A DNA stretch of 64,000 nt from Turneriella sp. (lineage in GTDB: Bacteria > Spirochaetota > Leptospiria > Turneriellales > Turneriellaceae). Made by a program: the position numbers and the translations under genes. How positions within the stretch are numbered: position 1 is the first letter of the stretch; every line of letters starts with the position of its first letter. Shown here in pieces: positions 18,722 through 28,413 of the stretch. The stretch covers positions 1,120,001 to 1,184,000 of the forward strand of contig CBDIID010000003.1 of the NCBI GenBank assembly GCA_965279515.1, in the 5' to 3' direction. Below the pieces are notes generated by a model, which saw only the letters and a list, made by a program, of their open reading frames with translations, made no database searches and was not told the DNA's origin.

Positions 18722-19504
18722 ATGTCTCACCCGATCAAAAAGAAGCCCCGATCTCTGTCGCTGGTCATACCCGTCTACAACGAAGAACGCCATTTATTGG
18801 AATTCCTGCGGGCCATAGATACGGTTAAATTCAAGGTCAGAAAAGAGCTGATTTTTATCAACGACGGCTCGAAAGACGCAACATCAGAGATTATACGCGC
18901 CCATAAGTTTAAATCCCCAACTCTGTTCATCGACGAAAAAGTTAATATGGGTAAGGGTGCGGCTATCCGTAAGGGTATAGCCGCGGCGAGCGGAGACATC
19001 ATCGGCATCCAGGACGCGGATTTCGAGTACCAGATCAGCGACATCCATAAAATTCTCGGCATGCTCGAGGACGGGCAATGCGATGTCGTCTATGGCTCGC
19101 GCTTCTCCAAACTCAATCCTCAGGTTCACCGTACCTTCCATTATCTGGTAAATCGCATTTTGACGATGGTTAGTAACATTTTTTCAGGTCTTTATGTGAG
19201 CGACATGGAAACATGCTACAAATTTTTTCGCCGCGAGATATTACAAAACATTCATCTGAAGTCGCGGCGTTTCGGCTTTGAACCTGAAATTACGGCGAAA
19301 ATCGCCCGCCTCAAAATACGCGTTAAAGAAACCCCCATATCCTATTTTCCCCGAAACTATATGGAGGGGAAAAAAATCACCTGGAAAGATGGAGTTGCCG
19401 CTCTCTGGCATCTGATCTATTTCAATTTTTTTGCCAGCAAAAGGAAGTTCTTCAAACCCGACATGCCATCCGCTTATTTAACGGAAAAAGCACAATGGCT
19501 TTAA
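18722..19504 (+). CDS. Glycosyltransferase family 2 (DPM1/GtrB-like polyprenol-P sugar synthase)
   Basis: LVIPVYNEE, INDGSKD, GKGAAIR, QDADFEY, DMETCYK. Confidence 0.9.
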   Translation: MSHPIKKKPRSLSLVIPVYNEERHLLEFLRAIDTVKFKVRKELIFINDGSKDATSEIIRAHKFKSPTLFIDEKVNMGKGAAIRKGIAAASGDIIGIQDADFEYQISDIHKILGMLEDGQCDVVYGSRFSKLNPQVHRTFHYLVNRILTMVSNIFSGLYVSDMETCYKFFRREILQNIHLKSRRFGFEPEITAKIARLKIRVKETPISYFPRNYMEGKKITWKDGVAALWHLIYFNFFASKRKFFKPDMPSAYLTEKAQWL

Positions 19505-19506
19505 AA

Positions 19507-20847
19507 TCAGCTGAATCGGAAATACCGGTAGAACATGAAAACTTCGCTGTAAACCAGCACGGCGATATGTAAGGCAAAAGCTGCGGCAAAATAAAACCGC
19601 CCCCGCCACAAGCCCGCAAGCGCTAGAACCACAAAACCCACCGCCGGAAACATGTAGCGGCCCTGCATGCCGGAAATGATCTCCGCCCCGACCGGATTCC
19701 AGGAAAGATACAGAAACAGGTGTACTGAAAGCATACACAGCAGGGCCGCTGCCAGATATAAAATCCGTGCACGAGAAGTCAGAATGTTGCGAACACCATC
19801 AGAAAGCGTGACGTAGAAAAAAACCGCCAGCGAAAGAAAGGCAATATACCAAGGTATAAAGACGTCGAGCCAACCCAGCTGCGTCGTCAAACCCACGGGA
19901 ATGAATGGAAACTTTACTATCGCCGATTTCAGCCAGATTAATAAAAACTTTCCGGGATGGTGTGTTATGAAGGACATTTGTGCGACGGGATCCACGAAAT
20001 CGAGCATCTTGAAGTAATTGCGCTGGGTGAACCAGAATGCAACCACTGTAGAGACGATAAAAAGCAATCCACCGATCCAGAATAATTTCCTGTTAGCGGT
20101 GCGCTTTTCACCTTTTCCCCACAACAACAACAAGGCCAGCATGAGCGGTGCATAGGCAGCTTTAAGGAAGCCCGCGCAGAATACCAGAGCAGCAATCCAG
20201 ATACGTTCACGACTGCCTGCAAGCGGGTCGAGCATGTTTTTGGTAAGCATGACCGCTAAGAGCAGATATACCAGGTTGAGAAAATAATCGGCTGAGAACG
20301 ATGCGTGAATGAAAAGCGACATCGGCAGAGTCAGAAAAATGAGGAAAGATTTTTTTGCGATCGGCAATTCCGCCAGACAGAAACAGCCGACCAGAATATA
20401 GAGCGCCAGCATTAAGAGCCGGACGAGATAGTATTGCACCAAAAAATTACCGGTCAAAAACGCGACAGCCTTATAGGCGATCACCTGCGGCAAGTATGCC
20501 ACGGGAATATGGATGGCAGTATTATTGAAATCCAGAAAAATTTTCTTTTCCGGAACTGTCTTTGCCCCCTGCGCATTCTTCAGATCATTCCAGATCACTC
20601 CGGGGGTAATAGTGTTTTCGGGCCGTTTGGGTAGCTGCTCATAATGGCGCATAATCTCCAGAACTTGACTGGAGACAAAACCACCGGCGGCGGAGGCCTG
20701 TTTGACAGGAAAAAATCCCCCGCCGGCAATCTGCATCACCCGGTGTACATGGTTAAATTCATCGGGCACCTGGAACGGAGGTGAAGCGATGATGTTGGCA
20801 AGGCCGAAAAAAATGGCGACAATCAAAAAGAGACGCTTTTCAGACAT
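19507..20847 (-). CDS. DUF2142-like polytopic membrane protein (predicted GT-C glycosyltransferase)
   Basis: PPFQVPDEFNHVHR, YLPQ, GMQGRYMFP; ~10 TM segments. Confidence 0.78.
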   Translation of the reverse strand: MSEKRLFLIVAIFFGLANIIASPPFQVPDEFNHVHRVMQIAGGGFFPVKQASAAGGFVSSQVLEIMRHYEQLPKRPENTITPGVIWNDLKNAQGAKTVPEKKIFLDFNNTAIHIPVAYLPQVIAYKAVAFLTGNFLVQYYLVRLLMLALYILVGCFCLAELPIAKKSFLIFLTLPMSLFIHASFSADYFLNLVYLLLAVMLTKNMLDPLAGSRERIWIAALVFCAGFLKAAYAPLMLALLLLWGKGEKRTANRKLFWIGGLLFIVSTVVAFWFTQRNYFKMLDFVDPVAQMSFITHHPGKFLLIWLKSAIVKFPFIPVGLTTQLGWLDVFIPWYIAFLSLAVFFYVTLSDGVRNILTSRARILYLAAALLCMLSVHLFLYLSWNPVGAEIISGMQGRYMFPAVGFVVLALAGLWRGRFYFAAAFALHIAVLVYSEVFMFYRYFRFS

Positions 20848-20864
20848 TGAGTTTTACGGACAAC

Positions 20865-20891
20865 GACTGCGGGATCGGAGATCCCGCAGTC
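20865..20891. repeat. Perfect 12-bp GC-rich hairpin between rlpA and the DUF2142 gene (REP-like/terminator-like)
   Basis: GACTGCGGGATC-GGA-GATCCCGCAGTC. Confidence 0.65.
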
Positions 20892-20901
20892 CGAAGCAAA
20901 T

Positions 20902-21771
20902 TTAGCTGACTTTACCGCGGTACATGACCTCGACGCCGTCTTCGTTGAGCTTTTTAAGGAAGTCTTTTGCCTGTTTTCTCGACTTGAAATCGCCGATGCA
21001 GACAAAATGCCATTTGCCATTCGTGGCGATAAAGCTCTTCTGTGGGTAAGCTTCGAGAATTTCGTCACGGTGGCGTTCTGCATTCACCTTTTTCTTAAAC
21101 GCGCCGACCTGAACCGTGAAGCCTTTGGGCTTTTTGCCGTCGAGGAACTCGAGTTTCTCTTTGGCAGACTTGATTTTAGGATCCTGGCCATCATCTTCAC
21201 CGGACGCGATGCTCTCGCCTTCTACCGGTTCAATGATTTCTTCTTCGCCTTTCCCTTTTTTCGCTGCCTTTTTCTTGCCTTTTACGGGCCCACCGGCTTT
21301 CGCGAGGAAGTTATCCTCACCCACCTGTACGAGTTCGAGCTGAACCTTTGTGGTTCCTTTCTCGGCAAAGCCGAGTTCGCGCGCCGCGGCATAACTCACG
21401 TCCATGATGCGGCCTTCGACATACGGCCCGCGGTCGTTGACCTTGACCATCGCCTTCTTGCCGTTATCGACGTTTTTGACGAGCACCAGCGAATTCATCG
21501 GGAAATCGCGGTGTGCCGCTGTCATCTTGTTCATATCGAACATTTCGCCCGAAGCCGTGGGGCGTCCCTGCAGCTCTTTGCCATACCACGACGCATAACC
21601 TTCGCTCATCACCGCCTGTGTACGCTCTTCGGCGGGCATGCCGTCCTGCAGCACGGGATCATCACCCGTGGCCTTAGCCTGTTGGGCCGGGTCGGCAGAA
21701 CTGGTTTTTGCCTGCGGTGCGCGGCAGGCAATCAATGCGAAAAATGCCAGGAACAAAATGGAGACTTTCAT
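20902..21771 (-). CDS. rlpA: Septal ring lytic transglycosylase RlpA lipoprotein with SPOR domain
   Basis: Lipobox LIAC; GYASWYG, TASGE, TAAHR, VNDRGPY, RIMDVS; SPOR VQVGAF. Confidence 0.92.
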   Translation of the reverse strand: MKVSILFLAFFALIACRAPQAKTSSADPAQQAKATGDDPVLQDGMPAEERTQAVMSEGYASWYGKELQGRPTASGEMFDMNKMTAAHRDFPMNSLVLVKNVDNGKKAMVKVNDRGPYVEGRIMDVSYAAARELGFAEKGTTKVQLELVQVGEDNFLAKAGGPVKGKKKAAKKGKGEEEIIEPVEGESIASGEDDGQDPKIKSAKEKLEFLDGKKPKGFTVQVGAFKKKVNAERHRDEILEAYPQKSFIATNGKWHFVCIGDFKSRKQAKDFLKKLNEDGVEVMYRGKVS

Positions 21772-21860
21772 ATTTCATTTTCGTATGTTTGAGGCGAAAC
21801 GCTTGAGTAATATTTTGTTTTCCGCGGGTGGCCCTGCCCTATGTTGCCGGCTCGGTAACG

Positions 21861-22589
21861 ATGAGGCGTTTCTTCTTTATAGTGGGATTTCTCCCTGCGG
21901 CAATCTATGGCAATGCCATGACAGACACGGAACATGTCGAGGCCAAGACGGCGCGCACCATGACCGCCCGCCTTGCGGCCGGCTACTCCTACTCTTATTT
22001 TGACGATACGGCGAGCCTCAGGCAAGATAATGCCCTGCTCTACAGCGACGGGGTCAATTCGGCGCGTGTCGGCAGCCAGATCGTCGGGGGCCTCGCCAAC
22101 ACCAAGGGCAAATTCAATGCTGTGCTCTCAGCGGGTTATGACCGTTACCTCTTGTCCTGGCTTGAGGCTTTCACGTTCACTACCTACGAATCCAATGTCA
22201 TCGCCTCTGTGCAGGGCAAGTTCATCACCGGTGCGGGGGCAAAAGTTGTGTTTGTGAAAACCCCGCAATTGTTGCTCGATTTCTCGCTGGCGCCGACCTA
22301 TGTGCAGACCGAATACACGAACCTGCCCCTACGTGAAGATTTCAGCCTCTCCGCGCGCGCGCGCATGCGCTGGCGTATTCTGGCTGGTCTCAATCTCGCA
22401 ATCCCCTACTTCATGGTCGTCGATGTGCGCGACACGCGCGACCAATGGCATTCGCTCGAGCCGGCACTCACCTATACTTTCGCCGAAAATGCCGATGTCA
22501 GCACAGGTTACCGCTACCGTTATAATGTGCTCAACCAGGCGTATGCGGGCACAATCTACCTGACGGTGGCCGCGCGGTTTAAGAATTAA
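21861..22589 (+). CDS. DUF481-like outer-membrane beta-barrel protein
   Basis: Signal peptide, amphipathic beta-strands, terminal YLTVAARF. Confidence 0.6.
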   Translation: MRRFFFIVGFLPAAIYGNAMTDTEHVEAKTARTMTARLAAGYSYSYFDDTASLRQDNALLYSDGVNSARVGSQIVGGLANTKGKFNAVLSAGYDRYLLSWLEAFTFTTYESNVIASVQGKFITGAGAKVVFVKTPQLLLDFSLAPTYVQTEYTNLPLREDFSLSARARMRWRILAGLNLAIPYFMVVDVRDTRDQWHSLEPALTYTFAENADVSTGYRYRYNVLNQAYAGTIYLTVAARFKN

Positions 22590-23721
22590 GTTTTTCGATA
22601 AGTATCTTGGCCGCTTGTTTTGCCGGCTCAAACGCGGTCAGGCGCGCGGCGATTTTTTTGAGTTCTGCCTTTTGAGCAGCGCGGTATGCCGGATCATTTA
22701 GAATTTTCCCGAGTTCCGTGGCAATATTCTTTGCCGTCAGTTGGTATTGTAAATATTCAGGCACGATGAATTTTCCCGCAAGAACATTGACCATGCCGAT
22801 GTAGGGAATCCGTATAATGCCCTTGAAGATTGCATAAGATAACCAAGACGAGCGGTAGAGAATCAGGTGGGGCACGCCAAAAAGCGCACACTCGAGGGTG
22901 ACCGTACCTGAGCAGGCAATCGCCGCGGTCGCCGCACTCAAAACATAACGCGCACTGAAATCGGTGAGATAGGTATCCGGCGGCAAATCATAAGCAGAGA
23001 GCAGTTTATGAATTCTCTCATTCGCCGCTGGCAGCACGAATGTGAATCCCGTATTCTGTTTTTGAAACTCGCGTACGCCATCGAGAATGCGCTGCGTGTG
23101 GTGCTGTATCTCCGCAGGCCGCGAGCCGGGCATGATGGCGATAACGGGTCGTTTGTTCTTAAAGACGTCTTTCAACGACGGGGATGTCTTTAAGGGATTC
23201 CCGCTCCGCGCGATTTTGGCTTTAAAATCGGCGGTTTCAGCCGTGAGCGGGTGGCCAATATAGTGTGCCTCAACGCCGATCTGGCGGTAGATCTCCGGCT
23301 CAAAATCATAGAGGCAGAGTACGCGCTCGAAACGGTCGCGGATCTTAAATACACGGTTATACTTCCACGCCCAGACTGTCGGCGACACAATCATCGTCGA
23401 ACGGATACCGCGTTCTTTTAGCTTCTTGGCGAGCAGTATGTTAAAACCCGGAAAATCGATGAGCCAGGCTTCTTTTGTGCCGCTTTCCACAGCCTTTTCG
23501 ACCAGTTGTTTGACAATTTTACTCAGACGACGGTAGTTCTTCGCGGCCTCCCAAAAGCCGATGGTCGCGAGTTTTTCCGCCGGATAAAAAATGTCCATCC
23601 CCGCATCGGCCATGCGCTTGCCGCCGCAGCCCCAGAGCATAAGTTTCTGTTTTTTGAGAACTTCGCGCACGATCGCGCCGCCGAGAATATCGCCCGACTC
23701 TTCGCCGGCGACGACAAGCAC
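22579..23721 (-). CDS. lpxB: Lipid-A-disaccharide synthase (start GTG 23721; ATG 23793 is an alternative)
   Basis: VAGEESGDILG, IDFPGFN, SPTVWAW, MPGSR, SGTVTLE. Confidence 0.93.
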   Translation of the reverse strand: MLVVAGEESGDILGGAIVREVLKKQKLMLWGCGGKRMADAGMDIFYPAEKLATIGFWEAAKNYRRLSKIVKQLVEKAVESGTKEAWLIDFPGFNILLAKKLKERGIRSTMIVSPTVWAWKYNRVFKIRDRFERVLCLYDFEPEIYRQIGVEAHYIGHPLTAETADFKAKIARSGNPLKTSPSLKDVFKNKRPVIAIMPGSRPAEIQHHTQRILDGVREFQKQNTGFTFVLPAANERIHKLLSAYDLPPDTYLTDFSARYVLSAATAAIACSGTVTLECALFGVPHLILYRSSWLSYAIFKGIIRIPYIGMVNVLAGKFIVPEYLQYQLTAKNIATELGKILNDPAYRAAQKAELKKIAARLTAFEPAKQAAKILIEKLNS

Positions 23722-23728
23722 GGGGGGG

Positions 23729-25216
23729 TTACGCGCTTTCTTCGATTTCGTATTCGCTGAAGAGGGTTTTTTGGTTCGAGTAGATCGCTTCATTTTCCTC
23801 GAGGCGTACAGGGTATTTGCCATCGAAACAGGCAGTACAGTACGAAGCTTTTGCGGCATCTCCGCCTTCACCCCCTCCGGGGGTCTCTGCGGCGCCGCGC
23901 TGCATGCCTTCCTGTGAGAGATAGGCCAGCGAATCGACGCGCAGGTATTTGATGATTTCTTCGAGTGTATGTGTCGCGGCGATGAGTTCTGAATGCTGCG
24001 GAATATCGATGCCGTAATAACAGGGGTGCCGGGTCGGTGCGCTGGCGATGCGGATATGGATTTCTTTGGCCCCCGCATTACGCAGCATCTTGACGATTTT
24101 ACGCGTCGTTGTGCCGCGCATGATGCTGTCGTCGATGACGATCACACGCTTATCTTTCACGACCGAGCTAATAGCGTTGTATTTGATTTTGGCACCGAAG
24201 TCGCGGATTTTCTGGTCGGGCTCGATGAATGTGCGCCCGACATAGTGTGAGCGGATGAGGCCCATATGGTAAGGAATTCCGCTTTTTCTGGAATAGCCCA
24301 GCGCCGCCACGGACGACGAATCGGGCACGGGCATCACGAGGTCGGCGACGGCGGGCGATTCTTCGGCAAGAATTTCACCCATGCGCATGCGCGTATTGTA
24401 GACCGATTTACCGAAAACAAACGAATCGGGGCGCGCAAAGTAGACATATTCAAAGATACAGAGATTCTGTGCAGATTTACCAAACGGAAAAAGCGATGTC
24501 ATACCGCGCTCGGTGGCGATGACAAGCTCGCCGGGCTCAACGTCGCGCACATACGTCGCGTCGATAATATCGAGCGCACAGGTTTCGGAAGCAAAGACGA
24601 CACCGCCGTCCTTTTCGCCCATGACGAGCGGGCGAAAACCATTCGGGTCGCGCAGGGCATAGAGTGTATTGCCGGTTAGTAATACAAGAGAGTATGCGCC
24701 GCGGATCTGCTTCACCGCCTCAATCAGGGCGTCGGTAAAATTGTCGGCGCGCGACCGTGCAATGAGATGGCTGATGACTTCGGTGTCGATGGTTGTCTGG
24801 AAGAGCGACCCCAGATCTTCAAGACCCTTGCGGATCGTGGCGGCGTTCGTCAAATTGCCGTTATGCGCGAGCGCCATTGTGCCGAGGCGCGACTCGAACC
24901 GAATCGGTTGCGCGTTGCGTAAAAAACTTGCGCCGGTCGTCGAATAGCGGTTGTGCGCAATGGCGTGCCGGCCCGTGAGCTGTTTGATTTTCTGCGGCGT
25001 GAAGACATCCGCGACCTTGCCCATGCCGGCATAGCGGTAGAGGCGCTCGCCGTCAGAGCTGACAATGCCCGCGCTTTCCTGGCCGCGGTGCTGCAAGGCA
25101 TAAGCGCCGAGGTAGGCGTGGTTTGCTGCTTCTTCGACGTTGTACACGCCGACGATGCCGCATTCTTCTTTGGGATAGTAGCGGGAATGAGGGGGGCTCG
25201 CCTTTTTGTTGCTCAC
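23729..25216 (-). CDS. purF: Amidophosphoribosyltransferase
   Basis: EECGIVG, LQHRGQESAG, HNRYST, VIDDSIMRGTT, CTACF. Confidence 0.97.
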   Translation of the reverse strand: MSNKKASPPHSRYYPKEECGIVGVYNVEEAANHAYLGAYALQHRGQESAGIVSSDGERLYRYAGMGKVADVFTPQKIKQLTGRHAIAHNRYSTTGASFLRNAQPIRFESRLGTMALAHNGNLTNAATIRKGLEDLGSLFQTTIDTEVISHLIARSRADNFTDALIEAVKQIRGAYSLVLLTGNTLYALRDPNGFRPLVMGEKDGGVVFASETCALDIIDATYVRDVEPGELVIATERGMTSLFPFGKSAQNLCIFEYVYFARPDSFVFGKSVYNTRMRMGEILAEESPAVADLVMPVPDSSSVAALGYSRKSGIPYHMGLIRSHYVGRTFIEPDQKIRDFGAKIKYNAISSVVKDKRVIVIDDSIMRGTTTRKIVKMLRNAGAKEIHIRIASAPTRHPCYYGIDIPQHSELIAATHTLEEIIKYLRVDSLAYLSQEGMQRGAAETPGGGEGGDAAKASYCTACFDGKYPVRLEENEAIYSNQKTLFSEYEIEESA

Positions 25217-25272
25217 CGTTGCTGGTAATATACCCGTTTTGACTCAGGTGGCAAAGAAAAATCGCAGTCCCG

Positions 25273-27093
25273 CTATTCGGCGTATGAAGCCGTGGCGCGG
25301 CCGACCTCGCTCATTTTCGCCTCTTTCTTAAGACGCGCCAGCAGCGCCGAAATATCTTCCGGTTTTTCGGGTTTCTCGCCCGGTTTCAGTTCGACAATCG
25401 CCGCACTGATCGACAGAATGGGGAACTTCTTCACGGTGTTCTCGCGGTCGGTGGATGTATAGTGTTTTTGCCGCCGCTCCTCGGGCGAGAAAAAAGGCTT
25501 CACCTCGTGATCGAAGGCACTTTGCAGTTCATCGACAAGTCGTAATACCTCATCGGCGGCCCTGACCGTTGATTCATAGCCGAGAAAAAAATCATCGCCG
25601 CCGATATGGCCTACAAGAAATTCCGGCGGTACAAGGCGCCGCAGAATTTCCACAAATAGCATAATCGCGCGGTCCCCCTGGCGAAAACCAAAGCGGTCGT
25701 TGAACGGCTTAAAGTGGTCGAAGTCAAAATAGACAAAATAACAGAATAAACCGTCACGCAGCAAAGTTTCACTGATAAAGTTGTGGATAACAGTGTTTCC
25801 CGGAAGCCGGGTCAGCGGGTTCATATCGCGGGCCAGTGCCAGGTTTTTCTCGTGGATGACATTTAGTAGGGATTTTGCATTCAAAAATCCGAAATATTCG
25901 GTATTCTGAACAATGATGACACCTTCAGATTCGGGATGCGCGAGAAAAATCTCGAGAATTTTGTCCTGCGGCGTGTGGATGTCGGTGGTGGGAGACGGCG
26001 TTATGAAGGCGCGGAGTCCTTTCGTTACAGATTTATTGGAAAGCAGTTCGCGGCCATAGGGCGAGTAGACATATTGTTTGATCGTCTTTTCGTGAACGAT
26101 ACCCAGCGGCACGCGGTTGGTATCGAGAACCGGAAAAAAATTATAAAATTGCTGGTCGTGGAATTTATCGAGCAGTACGCGCACATCGTCATCGATGCCG
26201 ATGGTTTCGATCGGCAGAATTTCACGCTGTATCAGCTCAACGTCATTAAGCCGACGCCGCTGGCCTGCGGCCGCAGTCTGGCGTATCGCCTCATAATTAA
26301 AAAGCAGTTCGGCCATATCGAGCGTGGGCTTCTGTACATAATACCCCTGTATGAGATCGAAGCCAATGTCCTTGACGACGCGGAACTCCGCCTCGGTCTC
26401 AATCCCCTCGGCGATGGTCGTGACACCCTGCATGCGGCAGAGCGCCACAAGATGGGCGCAGATATTTTTTTTGCGCGAGTCGGCCTCGATACGTGAAATA
26501 AGAAAACGGTCAAACTTCAGGAACCCCGGGTCGGCATGGTAGAACAGCTCCATGCCCGCGAAACCCGAACCGAAATCGTCGAGCGCGATCTTAATCCCCC
26601 GCTCTTTCATGTTGCGGGAGAAACCGCCGAGTATTTCATGCGAGTCGATCGGGTATTTCTCATTAATTTCAAAACAAATCTGCCCGGGGCGCAGGTCAAA
26701 ATTCATCATCAGGCTTTCGGTCACACCGGGCCGGTAATCGGGCATCTCAAGAATACGCGGATCATAATTGTAAAAGAGTATCAATTTGTCGTGCACGGCG
26801 ATGCGCTTGAATTTCGCGATCGCTTTTTCCCGAAGTTTAACATCCACAATGAAGAGCAGGTCTTCGGCGAATGCCGCATCAAAAAGCGCATGCGGCTTAT
26901 CATAGCCCAAATGTTCGTAGCCGCGCAGCAAGGCTTCGACCCCAAAACTGACCCCGGTCACGGGGTGCACAATAGGTTGAAAGGCAAAATCAATCTGGTC
27001 GAGCCGTTTCAGCCAATCAGCTACCGCATCGGCATGCAGCGAAACAGAGCCCCGGTAATTGTTTTCCTCAAGGCTTTGAGTCGCGCTGGCCAT
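25273..27093 (-). CDS. EAL-CBS-GGDEF c-di-GMP turnover protein
   Basis: FQPIV, EALLR, LDDFGSG, AEGIET, QGYY; CBS-like middle; NPLTRLPGN, DFDHFKPFND, GHIGGDDF. Confidence 0.9.
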   Translation of the reverse strand: MASATQSLEENNYRGSVSLHADAVADWLKRLDQIDFAFQPIVHPVTGVSFGVEALLRGYEHLGYDKPHALFDAAFAEDLLFIVDVKLREKAIAKFKRIAVHDKLILFYNYDPRILEMPDYRPGVTESLMMNFDLRPGQICFEINEKYPIDSHEILGGFSRNMKERGIKIALDDFGSGFAGMELFYHADPGFLKFDRFLISRIEADSRKKNICAHLVALCRMQGVTTIAEGIETEAEFRVVKDIGFDLIQGYYVQKPTLDMAELLFNYEAIRQTAAAGQRRRLNDVELIQREILPIETIGIDDDVRVLLDKFHDQQFYNFFPVLDTNRVPLGIVHEKTIKQYVYSPYGRELLSNKSVTKGLRAFITPSPTTDIHTPQDKILEIFLAHPESEGVIIVQNTEYFGFLNAKSLLNVIHEKNLALARDMNPLTRLPGNTVIHNFISETLLRDGLFCYFVYFDFDHFKPFNDRFGFRQGDRAIMLFVEILRRLVPPEFLVGHIGGDDFFLGYESTVRAADEVLRLVDELQSAFDHEVKPFFSPEERRQKHYTSTDRENTVKKFPILSISAAIVELKPGEKPEKPEDISALLARLKKEAKMSEVGRATASYAE

Positions 27094-27098
27094 GTTCA

Positions 27099-27704
27099 CT
27101 AATTTTCCAGCAATTGGCGCAGATTGTTTAAGGTCTGGTAAGGCAAGTGCCCCACCATACCGGATACCGCCCAACCCGGAAGACTACCACCTGGCTCGGA
27201 ATGCATGGAATAGGTGATTTCAACGGCACCCGGTGACAGTTCGGTGAATTTCCAGTACCCCTTTAACTGTGAAATGCGGACACGCCCCGGAGTCGGTGGT
27301 ATCGCATCGGGAACAGCTTCCATGGTGACCGAAATCAACGGAGGCGTGGCCGATTTGCGGAACATAAACCGCACTACCGCTTCACGCTCAGCGATCGGCC
27401 ATGGTGTCGCCTGCACCGAGAAAACAATGCCGCTCGTTGCCGAGAATTTTGCAATTTGTTTTGATTCCTTGCAGTCCTTCATCCAGGCGGTGTAGCCTGG
27501 AATATTCTGCATCACCGCCATCACCTTATCTAGCGTTGTTTTTGCTGTCATAACGGCCTTAAATTCTTTATATTCAGAGCCGGCCACAGGTCGTGTTTCA
27601 ATGGTGATGCCGTTCTTTTGGAACGCCCTTTTCCATGTGCCATCCCCGTACAGGAATGGCGTCAGGATAAAAACGGCTATACAGATTAGCTGTCGGGTCG
27701 GCAC
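27099..27704 (-). CDS. START-domain (lipid/ligand-binding) protein with signal peptide
   Basis: WKRAFQKNGI, YKEFKA, TPWPIAERE, HSEPGGSLPGW. Confidence 0.82.
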   Translation of the reverse strand: MPTRQLICIAVFILTPFLYGDGTWKRAFQKNGITIETRPVAGSEYKEFKAVMTAKTTLDKVMAVMQNIPGYTAWMKDCKESKQIAKFSATSGIVFSVQATPWPIAEREAVVRFMFRKSATPPLISVTMEAVPDAIPPTPGRVRISQLKGYWKFTELSPGAVEITYSMHSEPGGSLPGWAVSGMVGHLPYQTLNNLRQLLEN

Positions 27705-27723
27705 AGGTCTGTTTTGATTCTAT

Positions 27724-27743
27724 ATTTAGCCAATCAACTAATT
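27724..27743. promoter_or_regulatory. Palindromic operator, copy 1 (START / STAS divergent region)
   Basis: ATTTAGCCAATCAACTAATT. Confidence 0.7.
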
Positions 27744-27794
27744 ATTATGTCGCTCAATCCAGCTGCTGACCTTTGAGGCATAAAAGGAGGATAA

Positions 27795-28142
27795 ATGGAA
27801 TTTTCTAAGCGCGAATCCGGTTCGATTACAATTTTCGATATCAGTGGCGAAATCGACGTCTATAATGCGGGCTCGCTCAAAAACACCCTGCTACAGGAAA
27901 TCGAAGCTGGAAAAAACCGCATCGTTCTGAACATGAAGCGCGTCTCTTACATCGACTCAACGGGCATCGGTGTTCTGCTTTGGGCATTGCAGGCCGTGAA
28001 ACAAAAACAGGGCGGACTTAACCTGTTCTCCATCTCAGAAAGCATACGCAAGGTGTTTACACTGACAGGCCTTTTGAAGTTCCTTGAAATTTACGACGAT
28101 GAAGACACCGCCAAAGCGGCGCTCACGCCAGATTCGCCGTAA
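27795..28142 (+). CDS. STAS-domain anti-sigma factor antagonist
   Basis: ISGEIDVYNA, VSYIDSTGIG; RBS AGGAGG. Confidence 0.92.
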   Translation: MEFSKRESGSITIFDISGEIDVYNAGSLKNTLLQEIEAGKNRIVLNMKRVSYIDSTGIGVLLWALQAVKQKQGGLNLFSISESIRKVFTLTGLLKFLEIYDDEDTAKAALTPDSP

Positions 28143-28413
28143 GTTTATCAAGCTTATGCAGATGGTAGGCCATTTCATGGATGCGAATGCGCTTTTCTAT
28201 TTCTGGTAAACCTTCGAGAGCTTCGAGAAATACACGTTGCTCCTGTAAGGGCCAATGATCGAATAATCTGCAATGGACCGCCGCGAGGATGGTATCCTGA
28301 AACGAATCATCGAGCAATGATTCGCGGATTGTTTTAGCCCGCGTGACGGAAATTCCGGCCATAATTTTTATTTTTTCGCTGCAGCGCAGGTATTCAAGGT
28401 AATCCCGATTCAT
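28123..28413 (-). CDS. Hypothetical protein, last gene of the ParA operon
   Basis: GGAGGA RBS before ATG 28413; overlaps the parA-like stop. Confidence 0.6.
   Translation of the reverse strand: MNRDYLEYLRCSEKIKIMAGISVTRAKTIRESLLDDSFQDTILAAVHCRLFDHWPLQEQRVFLEALEGLPEIEKRIRIHEMAYHLHKLDKLTANLA

Noticed and set aside
23722..24078. Long N-terminal extension of lpxB overlapping purF
   Set aside because: Alternate-frame read-through of purF; LpxB motifs start at VLVVAGEESGD
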